A stretch of DNA of 64,000 nucleotides from an uncultured Pseudomonadales bacterium (GCA_964502225.1 CAZCUC010000003.1:12782-76781), one strand, 5' to 3'. Shown: positions 8,320 through 18,879, counted from the stretch's first letter. Notes: generated by a model from the sequence alone, not told the origin. Made by a program: numbers and translations.

Positions 8320-10236
8320 ATGCAACTCAAAGACATTGCGGGCATTGGCGAAAAAACTCTCAGTATTCTCGAAAAGCACGGGATCACCACTATTCATGGG
8401 CTCCTCACACATTTTCCGCGCACCTATCGCACTTACAGATCGACCGATACTCAGGGGGCAGAGGTAGGGGAGTGGGTCAGTTTAGTCGGTACGCTCAGCC
8501 GCCCAGTCAGCCATCACACAACCCACACGACCACTCAGATCTCGACTTTCCAGGACGGGTCGGGCCGTCTTACTCTCCGCTGGTTCAATAGTCCCTTTAT
8601 TGTCAGGTCAGTCTCCCCAAGCGATACTTATTTAGTTCGTGGTCAGCTTACGATCTTTGGCAGTACCCGCCAAATTGTCTCTCCCCAAATCAAAGCAGTA
8701 GGGCCAGACTATTATCCGCCCGAAAACGATGAAATGGTCCCCATTTATCCGAGTCTCGGCATGCTCAAGTCCGGTAACTTACGCAAAATTATTTTTTCTG
8801 CACTCGAGAGCACACCACCGTTTGAGGATCCACTCTCGCCAAAAATTCGACTCAAACATAATTTGATTGATCTAGATACCGCCATGCACCTCATCCATCG
8901 TCCACCTTCAAGGAGTCTCCTTGAAGGTGCGATCCATCGTCTTGCCTTTGACGAGCTCTATACCCTCCAGCTAGAAAGTTTGCAAAACAGCGAGATAAAT
9001 AAAATCAAAACTGATCCTCTCCACTGGAACACGGCAAAACTGGAAAACTGGGTTACGAATCTCCCCTATACTCCAACTGGAGCCCAATCTCGTGTAATTG
9101 GTGAGATTCTCGCAGATTTATCCAAACCAATCGCCATGCACCGCTTACTGGCAGGAGAGGTCGGATCAGGCAAAACCTTGGTAGCGGCCGCCGCCATTTT
9201 TGCCTCATTCCATGCTGGATACCAATCACTCGTCATGGCACCTACCCAGATCCTCGCTGAGCAACTCTATGCATCCTTTAAACAATTGCTGGGTGACACC
9301 CTCGCAATCTCCTTGGTTACCGCCAGTTCGAAAGGTGACGTTCAGGCAGATGTGGTCGTGGGTACCCAGGCACTCCTGACTCCCAAGCACACTTTCGGTA
9401 AAGTTGGTCTCGTGATCGTCGACGAACAGCACAAATTCGGGGTCAAACAAAGAGAATATCTCAGTAGCCTGACTCCCGCCCCTCACGTGCTCATGATGAC
9501 CGCGACTCCGATTCCCCGTACTCTCGCCATGACCATTTTCTCCAATATGGATATCTCTCGGCTCGACGAGCTCCCCAAAAATCGTCTCCCCATCAAAACC
9601 TACCTAGTAGGAGAGGAAAAGCGAGACCGAGCCTTCTCCTGGATCAAATCCGAAATCGTAAACAATCATAACCAAGCATTTGTCGTGGTTCCCCTGATCG
9701 AGGAAGCCGAAGATGACGAGGGCAATAGCAAAAAATCCCTCAAACTCCTCGAGACCGATCTCAAAAAACGTTTCCCAGGGTTAATCATCGACATTATGCA
9801 CGGCAAAATGAAGGATACAGAGAAAACCGAGCACTTGCGCGCGTTTCGCGACGGGATTACTCAGATCCTGGTCGCAACCAGCATGGTCGAAGTGGGTATC
9901 GATATCCCTGGTGCCAATATTATGGTCATCGAGGACAGCGAAAGGTTTGGTCTCGCCCAGCTCCACCAGTTGAGGGGTAGGGTGGGGAGGGGATCTACTC
10001 AGGGGCATTGTCTAATTTTTACTGGTTCAGACAAACCCAAGGTCAAAGAGCGACTTACCTATTTTGCCAAAGAGATAAACGGAGAGAAACTTGCGATGTA
10101 CGATCTGGACAACCGTGGACCCGGCGAGCTCTTTGGCGAGTCCCAGTCCGGTTTCTTCTCTCTCCACTTTGCCTCGATCTACGATACTGCTTTATTGAAA
10201 GAAACCTACGAAGCTGTTAGAATACACTCCATATGA
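8320..10236 (+). CDS. recG: ATP-dependent DNA helicase RecG
   Basis: Wedge OB domain; 'GEVGSGKT', 'DEQH', 'TATPIPRTL', 'ERFGLAQLHQLRGRVGRG'. Confidence 0.96.
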   Translation: MQLKDIAGIGEKTLSILEKHGITTIHGLLTHFPRTYRTYRSTDTQGAEVGEWVSLVGTLSRPVSHHTTHTTTQISTFQDGSGRLTLRWFNSPFIVRSVSPSDTYLVRGQLTIFGSTRQIVSPQIKAVGPDYYPPENDEMVPIYPSLGMLKSGNLRKIIFSALESTPPFEDPLSPKIRLKHNLIDLDTAMHLIHRPPSRSLLEGAIHRLAFDELYTLQLESLQNSEINKIKTDPLHWNTAKLENWVTNLPYTPTGAQSRVIGEILADLSKPIAMHRLLAGEVGSGKTLVAAAAIFASFHAGYQSLVMAPTQILAEQLYASFKQLLGDTLAISLVTASSKGDVQADVVVGTQALLTPKHTFGKVGLVIVDEQHKFGVKQREYLSSLTPAPHVLMMTATPIPRTLAMTIFSNMDISRLDELPKNRLPIKTYLVGEEKRDRAFSWIKSEIVNNHNQAFVVVPLIEEAEDDEGNSKKSLKLLETDLKKRFPGLIIDIMHGKMKDTEKTEHLRAFRDGITQILVATSMVEVGIDIPGANIMVIEDSERFGLAQLHQLRGRVGRGSTQGHCLIFTGSDKPKVKERLTYFAKEINGEKLAMYDLDNRGPGELFGESQSGFFSLHFASIYDTALLKETYEAVRIHSI

Positions 10237-10382
10237 CACCACTACCAAAACGCAAATGGTCCACACGCCGCCAAGGCAAGAGACGAGCTAGCATCAAACT
10301 GGCTCTCCCCAAGCTAGTAAAATGTAGTAACTGTGACCAAATGAAAAAGTCTCACACTGTCTGCACCAACTGCAACCAATAA
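10233..10382 (+). CDS. rpmF: 50S ribosomal protein L32 (49 aa, not in ORF track)
   Basis: MTPLPKRKWSTRRQGKRRA...KCSNC...SHTVCTNC zinc-ribbon form. Confidence 0.93.
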   Translation: MTPLPKRKWSTRRQGKRRASIKLALPKLVKCSNCDQMKKSHTVCTNCNQ

Positions 10383-10706
10383 ATGAAAACCTCATCTGAT
10401 CCTAGACACAAAAAGCGCGAACTCAAAGTCGCCAAGTTATTTGGCCAAAGTTTTGTCCCAGGTTTTACCACTGACTTCGACGCAACTATCGCCCTCGCCG
10501 CACCCGAATGGCCACTCACTAGCATCAACAGGATCGATCTCGCCATTTTGCGCGTAGCCACCGAAGAAATCTTAAATACCGATACACCAGTCAAAGTCGT
10601 GATTGACGAAGCGGTCGAGATCGCCAAAAAATACGGCGCAGAAAACTCTGCTAGCTTTATCAATGGCGTTCTTGGTACTATATTAAAGAACAAACAAACC
10701 ATATGA
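10383..10706 (+). CDS. nusB: Transcription antitermination factor NusB (short)
   Basis: 'EWPLTSINRIDLAILR', 'VVIDEAVEIAKKYG', 'FINGVLG'. Confidence 0.92.
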   Translation: MKTSSDPRHKKRELKVAKLFGQSFVPGFTTDFDATIALAAPEWPLTSINRIDLAILRVATEEILNTDTPVKVVIDEAVEIAKKYGAENSASFINGVLGTILKNKQTI

Positions 10707-11395
10707 ACAAACAGCTAGCCGACCTCCTCACTACTTTGGGTATCGTAGTCAAAGACGAACACTTGATCCAAAACGCCTTTGTTCACCGCTCCTACCTGAA
10801 CGAGTCCAAAGAATTCGAGATGTCCAACGAACGCCTCGAGTATCTGGGAGACGCAGTCCTCGAGCTGGCTACCTCGCATTTCCTCTACAATACTTACCCC
10901 GATTTCCAAGAGGGCATGCTGACCAATATGCGCGCCGCTTTAGTCCGCACTGAGTCCCTCGGTGATACCGCCGAAACACTCGGTTTTGCCAAACTACTTT
11001 TGATGAGTAAAGGCGAAGAAGCCACGGGTGGACGCAGTAACCGCTCTATCCTCGCCGATACCTTCGAAGCCTTCCTCGGTGCCATCTATCTGGATCTCGG
11101 CTACGAAACCTGCGTCACGCTCCTGAGCAAATATCTTTTCCAAAAAGCCGAAACCGTCCTCAAAACCGCCACCTACAAAGACAACAAATCCCTTCTGCAA
11201 GAAATTGCCCAGTCTCGCTACAAAGCTACTCCAGAGTACAGTCTAATTTCCGAGTCCGGTCCTGATCACGACAAGCAATTTGTCATGCAAGTTATCATCG
11301 CGGGCACCGATTATGGCTCAGGCAAAGGCAAGAGCAAACAGACCGCCCAAGAAGATGCCGCCAAAAACACTCTTGAGATGATCACTCATTCCTGA
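10703..11395 (+). CDS. rnc: Ribonuclease III
   Basis: 'NERLEYLGDAVL', 'ADTFEAFLGAIYLD', C-terminal dsRBD. Confidence 0.97.
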   Translation: MNKQLADLLTTLGIVVKDEHLIQNAFVHRSYLNESKEFEMSNERLEYLGDAVLELATSHFLYNTYPDFQEGMLTNMRAALVRTESLGDTAETLGFAKLLLMSKGEEATGGRSNRSILADTFEAFLGAIYLDLGYETCVTLLSKYLFQKAETVLKTATYKDNKSLLQEIAQSRYKATPEYSLISESGPDHDKQFVMQVIIAGTDYGSGKGKSKQTAQEDAAKNTLEMITHS

Positions 11396-11409
11396 TACAA
11401 TACGCAAAT

Positions 11410-11649
11410 ATGCTAAAAATTAAACTTGCTCGCATCGGTAAAAAAGGTCAACCACAGTACCGCATCGTCGTGGTTGAAGACAAAACCAACTCTGGCACCC
11501 GCCCAACTGCCGAGATCGGCTACTACAACCCACTTAGTGCAAATAAAGAGTTCCGGCTCGATTCCAAAAGCTACGAATCCTGGCTCACCAAAGGGGCTCG
11601 TCCCACCGACACTGTCCGCAGTCTCGTCAAACGCAACTCCACCAAATAA
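11410..11649 (+). CDS. rpsP: 30S ribosomal protein S16
   Basis: 'MLKIKLARIGKKGQPQYRIVV...GYYNP...GARPTDTV'. Confidence 0.96.
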   Translation: MLKIKLARIGKKGQPQYRIVVVEDKTNSGTRPTAEIGYYNPLSANKEFRLDSKSYESWLTKGARPTDTVRSLVKRNSTK

Positions 11650-11703
11650 ACAATGACTAATCAATTATTCCTAAATACTTATTACTTTATCTAAGGAGTT
11701 TCC

Positions 11704-12042
11704 ATGCAAGATATACTATCGTTTATCCTCAAAAACATCACCACCACCCCAGATGACGTCAAAATCGATGTCCAAGAAGAAGAGGGAACCACCAACTACA
11801 TTGTCACCGTCAATCCAGCCGATGTTGGTCGTATTATTGGCAAAGAAGGCAAAGTTATCAAAGCTATCCGCACCATCATGCGCGTTATCGCCATCCAGCG
11901 CGGCGTCCACATCCGTATTTCTGTCGTCTCCGAAAACGATGCTCAGCCAGTTGGGGTAGACACCGTAGAACCAAGTGAAGCAGTTCCCGCACCAGTCGAG
12001 AGTGTAACTCAAGACGACGGTAGCATTACGGTAGAAGTATAG
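11704..12042 (+). CDS. khpA: KH-domain RNA-binding protein (KhpA/YlqC family) with acidic tail
   Basis: 'DVGRIIGKEGKVIKAIRTI'; follows rpsP. Confidence 0.88.
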   Translation: MQDILSFILKNITTTPDDVKIDVQEEEGTTNYIVTVNPADVGRIIGKEGKVIKAIRTIMRVIAIQRGVHIRISVVSENDAQPVGVDTVEPSEAVPAPVESVTQDDGSITVEV

Positions 12043-12766
12043 GACTACTCGCTTCAAACGGGGCAAACAGATCGTCCTTAGCCAAACTTGGTTGTTCAGC
12101 TAGGCTCCCACTAATAGAATCAAATTTGCGGAACTCCGAGAGCTGGGTAAAGTACTTTTCTTCTTCTTGTCCAAACAGGGTTACTTGACCTTTGACATCT
12201 ACTGTCGAGTTTGGGGCCCACAGCATCCCAAGTGTCAAAGTCAAGCTATATTGATCCCCGCCCAAAATTGCCACTTTAATATCCTTGATTTGCATGAGGG
12301 GCAGGACGTTCTCGATCGAGCGCAAAAATACATAAACATTCTCTTCCCCACCTCGCATCTTGATCTCGGTCTCTAGGCTTTGCAGGCCTACTTCTCGCTT
12401 GGCGACTTTCTTGGCCGACCCACTAGCTTCGTTTAGGTCACCAGGGGTTAGCGATAGTCCGCCAAAGGTCAGTCCTAGTTCTTTGGACAAACCCTCGATC
12501 GAGGCTAGATACAATAACACGTCCTTGCGCGGTGGCAGGGCACTATCTAGCACGCTCACTCTCTCTGCCAACACATTGGGATCCAATTTTGACAGCAGAG
12601 ATACTTTGTTGGTTATACTCTCTAGTTCCGTGGATTTTACTTCGATTTTGGCAAGCAGTTTAGTCGCATTTTGGTAAAGGGGGAACACGACCAAAGCCAG
12701 TAGGATCACGATCAAAAAAGTCAGGCCACCGGCCATCGCCATCAATTTGTGTCGCACTATCCACAT
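12026..12766 (-). CDS. Type IV pilus alignment protein, PilO-like
   Basis: N-terminal TM plus coiled coil; follows pilM/pilN-like genes. Confidence 0.7.
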   Translation of the reverse strand: MWIVRHKLMAMAGGLTFLIVILLALVVFPLYQNATKLLAKIEVKSTELESITNKVSLLSKLDPNVLAERVSVLDSALPPRKDVLLYLASIEGLSKELGLTFGGLSLTPGDLNEASGSAKKVAKREVGLQSLETEIKMRGGEENVYVFLRSIENVLPLMQIKDIKVAILGGDQYSLTLTLGMLWAPNSTVDVKGQVTLFGQEEEKYFTQLSEFRKFDSISGSLAEQPSLAKDDLFAPFEASSPILLP

Positions 12767-12768
12767 AC

Positions 12769-13317
12769 CTATTTCCCTCCCTTAGGCAGTGTCAAAGCCA
12801 AATTTATCTGGTAGGTGCCATCCTTGTTCTTTGTCAGCCCACGACTGATGGCCTGGGTAAAGTACTCGGTATCTCCCTGGTAATAGCTCAGCAGTTTACC
12901 CAGAGCCCCCACTGTGTCCGTCGTATACTGCACATTCAAGATATTATCTTCCTCAAACCCCACTCCAGTCACGTGCGTCCCAGCAATACTGGTGGCAAAA
13001 ATTTTCTGGAGTGACTCGCGGGTCAGCGAACGATCAGCCAAAAACCCGGTTACCAGCTTGAGTCGGCTTTTGAGATAAACTTGTTGGGCACTAGCCTGGG
13101 TCAAGCCCTGCATTTCTTTTGTCGCCGAGAGCAGTTTGGTCTCAATCCCCGATAGTTGTCGGCTCAGCACCAAGCTCCACATCGACATCGACACAATGGC
13201 AATAATTATCAAAATCAACCCAAAGATCGAATAGCGCAACAATTTTCGCTCCTGCTGGTAGTCTTTCTCGCTCAGCGTCTGCCGATTTTTGAGTAGATTA
13301 GTTTTAATATTGACCAT
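12769..13317 (-). CDS. Type IV pilus alignment protein, PilN-like
   Basis: N-terminal '(T)NLL' motif, TM, coiled coil; follows pilM. Confidence 0.7.
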   Translation of the reverse strand: MVNIKTNLLKNRQTLSEKDYQQERKLLRYSIFGLILIIIAIVSMSMWSLVLSRQLSGIETKLLSATKEMQGLTQASAQQVYLKSRLKLVTGFLADRSLTRESLQKIFATSIAGTHVTGVGFEEDNILNVQYTTDTVGALGKLLSYYQGDTEYFTQAISRGLTKNKDGTYQINLALTLPKGGK

Positions 13318-14343
13318 TTAAAAGACCCTCTGTGACAAACCAACCGCTACCGAGTACACTGCTTTTTCTCTGGGTATCACAATTCCTCTCCCAGGTTTGG
13401 CTGTGGCAAAGGGATCGGCTACAACCACCTCTATCCCCCCAAAACTCTCCGAGAGGTACGAGCCAAATTCTGGCAAATACGCCCCGCCACCAGATAGGAC
13501 TATGCGACCAACTCTCGTCTTACGCGAAGTCAAATGGTACTCCATGGCTTTGCGGATCTCTCCGACAATGTTGTTCAAAATAATCAACAGCCCCGTTCTT
13601 ACTTTGCCCTCGACTTGCGCCTGGTCTAATCCATATGTTCGCTTGTATTCTTCTGCCTGGGGGAGGGGGAGTGAGAGTGACTGGGCGAGCGCTCTAGTCA
13701 AAGCCACACCACCTGACTCCGCCACATACGAAAAAGACAGCGAAGCGCCATCTACTATGGCCAGGACGCTGGACATCGACCCCATATGCACTATCAAGCT
13801 GGTCGTCGCGGGGATCCCAAATGTCAGTGACCTGGCAGTAGCCACCATCTCGCTCTCGATGGCAATTGGCTCTAGACCAGTCGAGGTCAAAAAATCAACC
13901 ATCGCCTGGAGATATTTTTTTGGGGCGGCTACTAGGTAAACCAACATTTTCTTCTCGCTCGATCCAGCCACTTGCGACTCCAGGATCGAAAAGTCCAGCT
14001 CTACTTCAGCGACCGGGATTGGCACAAACTGCTCTGCCTCCCACTTGATTGCAGAGGTTAGCTCGGCCTCAGACATCTGGGGCATAGTCAAAATCCGGCT
14101 ATAGACTTTACTCTCTGGGACCGCCACCACCACTCGCTTGTCCCTGATTTTGAGACTGCTCACCAGTTGTTTGACGACGGGACCGAGTTTGGCGCCTACT
14201 TCAGGGTTGGTAAAGTCTATTGATCCAGCTGGGTTTACCGCGAGACCCACCGCCTCCACACTAAAACCTCTCGATCCCATCAAGCTTGATTGGGTTATTT
14301 TGATACTCGATGATCCAATATCTAGTCCAAAGTATGCAGTCAT
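13318..14343 (-). CDS. pilM: Type IV pilus assembly protein PilM
   Basis: Actin-like 'GLDIGSSSIK', 'WEAEQFVPIP', 'LSGGGA', 'VAVGL'. Confidence 0.93.
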   Translation of the reverse strand: MTAYFGLDIGSSSIKITQSSLMGSRGFSVEAVGLAVNPAGSIDFTNPEVGAKLGPVVKQLVSSLKIRDKRVVVAVPESKVYSRILTMPQMSEAELTSAIKWEAEQFVPIPVAEVELDFSILESQVAGSSEKKMLVYLVAAPKKYLQAMVDFLTSTGLEPIAIESEMVATARSLTFGIPATTSLIVHMGSMSSVLAIVDGASLSFSYVAESGGVALTRALAQSLSLPLPQAEEYKRTYGLDQAQVEGKVRTGLLIILNNIVGEIRKAMEYHLTSRKTRVGRIVLSGGGAYLPEFGSYLSESFGGIEVVVADPFATAKPGRGIVIPREKAVYSVAVGLSQRVF

Positions 14344-14369
14344 GGGCAGGCATTCTCCTTTAATTTATT

Positions 14370-15182
14370 TTATAAAACTTCTTTCACTATAGTTCCACCC
14401 GCAAACACAGCGTAATCAAAAATCGATGGGGGAGCATCTAGTCCTCGCTTGACCTCTATTTCCTTTCGAGCATCCCCACCACTCGCTTTTGACTGAATTA
14501 AATATAACTGATTTTGCAGTCCAGATCCAGATACAGATATCGTCGCCCCCGCATAAATGGGCTTGATTCGTAGCGCTGTCGTTCCTGCAGGCACAGCGTA
14601 TCCAGCTCCAGATACTCTGCTTAGATATGTACTGCCCCCGTCTACGCTCGCCGTAAACGAGTTACTAGTCGAGAGCGTACTACAGCCAGAGGAGTTGTAA
14701 TACCGCCTCACGACCGCATTGCTACCTTCTTGCATGGCAGTGACCTCAATCGCCGCCGGCGTCGTCTGGGACCCCTCAGTACACCCTGTGATATTCTCGG
14801 TTGGATCTATTTTCCTTGTCCAGGCGATAGTCAGGGGATTGGCGACGTTATAGCCACTCAAATCTAGGTGAGCGGTCTCTCCTTCTCTCACATACAAACC
14901 ATAACTCGTGGTCGTACTTACCGCAAAATCCCCCTGGAGCTGGCCAGAACTATCCGTAAAACTAGTTGTCCCGCTTGGCACTGTGCCTTGGCGCAAAGCG
15001 TTTAGAGCTTGTTCGACGCCAGTTTCTGCTACCGCAAAGGCGGCGCTACTTTCTTTCTCTTGTCTCGACAAAACGGTATCCGACAGACTCCTCGATGCCA
15101 CAGACATCACAATTGCTACAACTACCCCAATTATGATCAGCAAAATTAACCCAATTTGCCCATTCTTTACATTATTTTGCAT
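14370..15182 (-). CDS. PilX-like minor pilin
   Basis: 'GQIGLILL' cleavage site lacking E5; 'AFAVAETGVEQAL' PilX motif. Confidence 0.8.
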   Translation of the reverse strand: MQNNVKNGQIGLILLIIIGVVVAIVMSVASRSLSDTVLSRQEKESSAAFAVAETGVEQALNALRQGTVPSGTTSFTDSSGQLQGDFAVSTTTSYGLYVREGETAHLDLSGYNVANPLTIAWTRKIDPTENITGCTEGSQTTPAAIEVTAMQEGSNAVVRRYYNSSGCSTLSTSNSFTASVDGGSTYLSRVSGAGYAVPAGTTALRIKPIYAGATISVSGSGLQNQLYLIQSKASGGDARKEIEVKRGLDAPPSIFDYAVFAGGTIVKEVL

Positions 15183-15236
15183 GCCTCTATCAAAGCAAAC
15201 TTGACGTCATTCGTCAAACTCGCCATACTGGCTCTA
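15183..15236. promoter_or_regulatory. Overlapping divergent promoters for the pilin block (+) and pilX-pilMNO (-)
   Basis: TTGACG-tcatt-CGTCAA inverted repeat gives a -35 on each strand. Plus: 17 nt, CATACT, 7 nt, ATG 15237. Minus: 17 nt, TTTGAT, 6 nt, ATG 15182. Confidence 0.6.
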
Positions 15237-15740
15237 ATGTTTGTAAATTGTAAATTGAAAATTATCAATTACCACAAGCTTCAGGGGTTCACTCTGATCG
15301 AACTTTTGATCGTCATGGCGATCCTTGGTATCCTCTCTGCCCTAGGTATCGGCAACTTTAGTTCTGCCCAAATCAAGGCACGCGACGTCGCCCGCAAAAG
15401 TGATCTTGCCACGATCGCCAAAAGTCTCGAGGCCTACGCCAACGATCATCGCAACTATCCGTCCTCCGATACCAGCAACCTCATTATTTGTCAGCCCAGT
15501 TCCGGCGACACCTGCATCTGGGGGAGCGCTTTCACCGATGGCACCACTCTCTACATGGCCAAACTACCAGAGGACCCAAATGGCGAGTACCAATACATCT
15601 CAACTGGCGATACCTATACTCTTTACGCTCACTTAGAAAATGCCAACGACCCCAAGATTGTCACGATTACTCCGTCTATCGATTGTGGCAGTGTCTCCCA
15701 GCCCTGTAATTACAAATTATCATCGAGCAACGTCCAATGA
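15237..15740 (+). CDS. Type IV pilin (GspG-like)
   Basis: '[17 protein letters not shown]', 'ARDVARKSDL', 'LPEDP'. Confidence 0.9.
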   Translation: MFVNCKLKIINYHKLQGFTLIELLIVMAILGILSALGIGNFSSAQIKARDVARKSDLATIAKSLEAYANDHRNYPSSDTSNLIICQPSSGDTCIWGSAFTDGTTLYMAKLPEDPNGEYQYISTGDTYTLYAHLENANDPKIVTITPSIDCGSVSQPCNYKLSSSNVQ

Positions 15741-16237
15741 TTCTAAAATCAAAAAAACTAAATCTTCGATCACCCTTTAAACTGGGCTTTACTCTTATCG
15801 AGCTCCTCATCGTGATTGCGATTATGGGTATTCTCGTCGCGCTCCTTCTGCCCAACTTGGCTAGCGCCCGCGAACGCGCCCGTGACTCTCGGCGCAAAAC
15901 TGACTTGAGCAATATCCAAACCGCCCTCCGTCTTTACTACAGCGACAACCAATCTTTCCCCGACACGACTACTTTAAACGCACTCTGGGGTAGCGCTTTA
16001 TCTAGCAACAACAACACCTACATGGCGGTCCTCCCTCGAGATCCCTCCTCCGCGCCGGGAGCTATTATCAGCTATGGTTACAATTCCAATGGCAATACTT
16101 ACATCCTTGTCTCTACCCTCGAAAATCTCTCTGACGCCGAGATTGCGGCTTCTCAACTGCGTTGTCCCAGTACTTATTCTGGCTACCAAGGTACCAACAA
16201 AGACGCCGGCTCCAACTACGTCGTCTGTGAGGAATAA
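15737..16237 (+). CDS. Type IV pilin (GspG-like)
   Basis: '[17 protein letters not shown]', '[10 protein letters not shown]', 'LPRDP'. Confidence 0.92.
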   Translation: MILKSKKLNLRSPFKLGFTLIELLIVIAIMGILVALLLPNLASARERARDSRRKTDLSNIQTALRLYYSDNQSFPDTTTLNALWGSALSSNNNTYMAVLPRDPSSAPGAIISYGYNSNGNTYILVSTLENLSDAEIAASQLRCPSTYSGYQGTNKDAGSNYVVCEE

Positions 16238-16240
16238 TTT

Positions 16241-16642
16241 ATGACACATCAAACCAAGGGTGGCTTTACTCTTATCGAGCTCCTCATTGTGATCGCGATC
16301 ATTGCGATCCTCCTGGCTGTTGGCACCACTAGCTATCTCACTGCCTCCAAGCAAAGTCGCGATTCCAGGCGCAAAACCGATCTCGAGCAAATCCGTCAGG
16401 CACTAGAGATGTATCGCTCTGAGAATGGCACCTATCCCGCCCAGGGAGCCGGCAACACCCCCTCTGGTCTGACCCCAACCTACATCACAACCCTGCCAGC
16501 AGACCCCAAAGAGGGCACCTACTACTATGCCGTAGGCTCACCCGCCACCACCTACTCACTTTGTGCTACCCTCGAAATCGTCCCCGTTAGCCCAGTCAGC
16601 GGCTGTGGGACCGACAACAACTACAAAGTTCAGAATCCATGA
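16241..16642 (+). CDS. Type IV pilin (GspG-like)
   Basis: '[17 protein letters not shown]', '[10 protein letters not shown]', 'LPADP'. Confidence 0.92.
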   Translation: MTHQTKGGFTLIELLIVIAIIAILLAVGTTSYLTASKQSRDSRRKTDLEQIRQALEMYRSENGTYPAQGAGNTPSGLTPTYITTLPADPKEGTYYYAVGSPATTYSLCATLEIVPVSPVSGCGTDNNYKVQNP

Positions 16643-17112
16643 AACAACGACCTGGTTATACTTTAATCGAACTAATCGTCGTCATCTCGATCGTCGCGAT
16701 TCTCGTTAGTTTTGGTTTTTCGGCGTATACCAAATCGCAAAAACGCCAAATCGGCCAGACGGCAGGGGAGCAGATCATTAGTTTCCTCCAAGAGCAACAA
16801 AAAATCGCCAACATCGGCAAAAAAGCTTGCAGTGGCAAGTTTATTGGTCAGCAAGTTGTCTTTACTACCCCCAATACTTTATCGCCCACTAGTCTCTGCG
16901 ATGGCGACTCCGTCTCTGGCGAGTCTCTCAGCATCCCAGGCGTCACTTCCCTCAGTGCCCCTACCATGACTGTTATTTTTAATCCGCTCTCGCGGGGGAT
17001 CGACTTGGGGGGATCCAGTGAGCTTATTTTGACGTACCAAACTTCCTCCTCACTCACCTACACTATCAAACTGACCAGTTCAGGCACCATCGAGTACGAG
17101 GGGGCACAATGA
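16639..17112 (+). CDS. Minor pilin (FimT/GspH-like)
   Basis: '[17 protein letters not shown]'; C-terminal 'VIFNPLS...IKLTSSGTI'. Confidence 0.85.
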   Translation: MKQRPGYTLIELIVVISIVAILVSFGFSAYTKSQKRQIGQTAGEQIISFLQEQQKIANIGKKACSGKFIGQQVVFTTPNTLSPTSLCDGDSVSGESLSIPGVTSLSAPTMTVIFNPLSRGIDLGGSSELILTYQTSSSLTYTIKLTSSGTIEYEGAQ

Positions 17113-17576
17113 TCATCAAGCAGGGTACCTCTATCATCGAGATCGTTATCGCCGCCGCCCTCATCAGCGTCACAGTCATTGCCGCCCTTGGTCTCACCAA
17201 TCGTTCGCAAAAACAAAATACCTACTCTCGCGACCTAGCCGAAGCCACCAAGTACACAACTCAAGCCGCCGATTGGTTGCGTACCCAGCGTGATATCGTC
17301 GGCTGGGCAACCATGGCAGACAAAATGACTACCGACGGCAACGACAGTGTCTACTGCCTCAACAACTTTCCCGCGACCGACTCCGATTTTACCTCGCTTA
17401 GCGCGGGGGCCTGTACATCTGGAGACTATATCCCCGGGACCCTCTTTACTCGCTATGCCATCATCGATACCACGAGCATCAATACTGGCGTAATCAAAGT
17501 TTCCCTCACTGTCACCTGGATGGAAAACGAAGCCCGCGAATCAACCATCGAACTGGAGCTTACCCAATGGCACTAA
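17109..17576 (+). CDS. Minor pilin (PilV-like)
   Basis: '[13 protein letters not shown]'; C-terminal 'KVSLTVTW...LTQW'. Confidence 0.82.
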   Translation: MIIKQGTSIIEIVIAAALISVTVIAALGLTNRSQKQNTYSRDLAEATKYTTQAADWLRTQRDIVGWATMADKMTTDGNDSVYCLNNFPATDSDFTSLSAGACTSGDYIPGTLFTRYAIIDTTSINTGVIKVSLTVTWMENEARESTIELELTQWH

Positions 17577-18061
17577 ATAAACCTGGCTTCTCTCTCATCG
17601 AGCTAATTGTGGTGATTGGCCTCCTCAGTCTCCTCATGCTCGCGATCTCCTCCACTATGCTCATGACTATTGTCAGTAGCAACCGCATCCGTACCTCCGC
17701 CAAAGTCAAACAAGCCGGCAACTACGCAATCGGTCAAATGCAAAGTCTTTTGCGCAGTGCCAAAACAGTCACCAGCTGTACCTCCCCAGAATCAATCGTC
17801 TTTATCAATTATGACGGGGGCCAAACCGAACTCCTCGCACAAGCCGATGCCAACAATCTCACCCGCATTGCCTCCAATTCTGGCACCTACTTAACTCCGG
17901 ACAACTTATCCACCACCAACTTTAGCCTCACATGCGAGCCAAGCGACGCCGATCCTTCACTAGTCAAAATCTCCTTTGATCTCGAAGATACCGTCGCCAC
18001 GCGCGAACTCGAAAATCCCTTACTCCACTTTGAAACTTCAGTTAGCCTAAGAAACCAATAA
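17567..18061 (+). CDS. Minor pilin (PilW/GspJ-like)
   Basis: '[13 protein letters not shown]'; C-terminal 'FETSVSLRN'. Confidence 0.85.
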   Translation: MALNKPGFSLIELIVVIGLLSLLMLAISSTMLMTIVSSNRIRTSAKVKQAGNYAIGQMQSLLRSAKTVTSCTSPESIVFINYDGGQTELLAQADANNLTRIASNSGTYLTPDNLSTTNFSLTCEPSDADPSLVKISFDLEDTVATRELENPLLHFETSVSLRNQ

Positions 18062-18830
18062 TTTGATCACCAAACAACAGCGCAATCACAATCCCCGACG
18101 TCATAAACGGGACAAACGGGACATTGTCTTTCCTGGTCTTTACTCCACTCACTATGAGCAAGATCCCAATCACCGCGCCTAGCACAAAACTAGCTAGTAA
18201 GGCGACGAGCCCTTTTGGCCACCCAAGCAAGATACCCATATACATCGCGACGTACATATCACCCTCTGCCATCCCTCGTCCTTTAGTCATCTTATACAAA
18301 GCCCAAAATCCAGCATAAAAAATCGCCCCTACCACTATACTCACCGCCAAATCTCTGGGGTTATAAGCCTGGTAATACCACAAAACCAACCGGTACAAAG
18401 CAACCAGCAAACTCCCAATCCAGACAATATTTAGCAGTACTACTCCATAAAATAAATCTGCCACAGTCAAAATCGCGAGGATTATGCCGCTCATCAACCA
18501 AAAACCTGGCTGGATAATTGTCAAAGGCGCACTAACCAATCTAAAAAACCAAAACCCGACTGCGAGCCACCACACAAACAACAGCCCCACCATCATCTCG
18601 ACAATTGGGTAACGGTAGGAGAGGGGAGAGTGACAACAGCGGCTCTTCCCCCGGTATACCATAAAACTCACAATCGGGATCAGGTCATACCAAGCAAGCG
18701 TTTTCCGACAGTAATCACAGTGCGATCTCCCCGATACCCAGTTCTCATCCTTCATGGTTCGATCAATCAAAACGTTTACAAAACTTCCGATCGCACTACC
18801 CAAAAAAAATGTGAGAATGAAATACATCAT
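18042..18830 (-). CDS. pilD: Prepilin peptidase / N-methyltransferase
   Basis: 'GSFVNVLIDR', 'RSHCDYC', 'GMAEGD', 'PFVPFM'; ATG 18830 lies 6 nt after TAGAAT. Confidence 0.94.
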   Translation of the reverse strand: MMYFILTFFLGSAIGSFVNVLIDRTMKDENWVSGRSHCDYCRKTLAWYDLIPIVSFMVYRGKSRCCHSPLSYRYPIVEMMVGLLFVWWLAVGFWFFRLVSAPLTIIQPGFWLMSGIILAILTVADLFYGVVLLNIVWIGSLLVALYRLVLWYYQAYNPRDLAVSIVVGAIFYAGFWALYKMTKGRGMAEGDMYVAMYMGILLGWPKGLVALLASFVLGAVIGILLIVSGVKTRKDNVPFVPFMTSGIVIALLFGDQIIGFLG

Positions 18831-18879
18831 TCTCACATTCTATCCTAGTATCTCAAATCTAGCACCTAAAATCTTAGAA

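Noticed and set aside
15183-18061. Actively invertible (phase-variable) pilin cassette
   Set aside because: No inverted repeats seen at the two ends, and the right junction lies in a 20-nt convergent coding overlap, so it is treated as a fixed inversion
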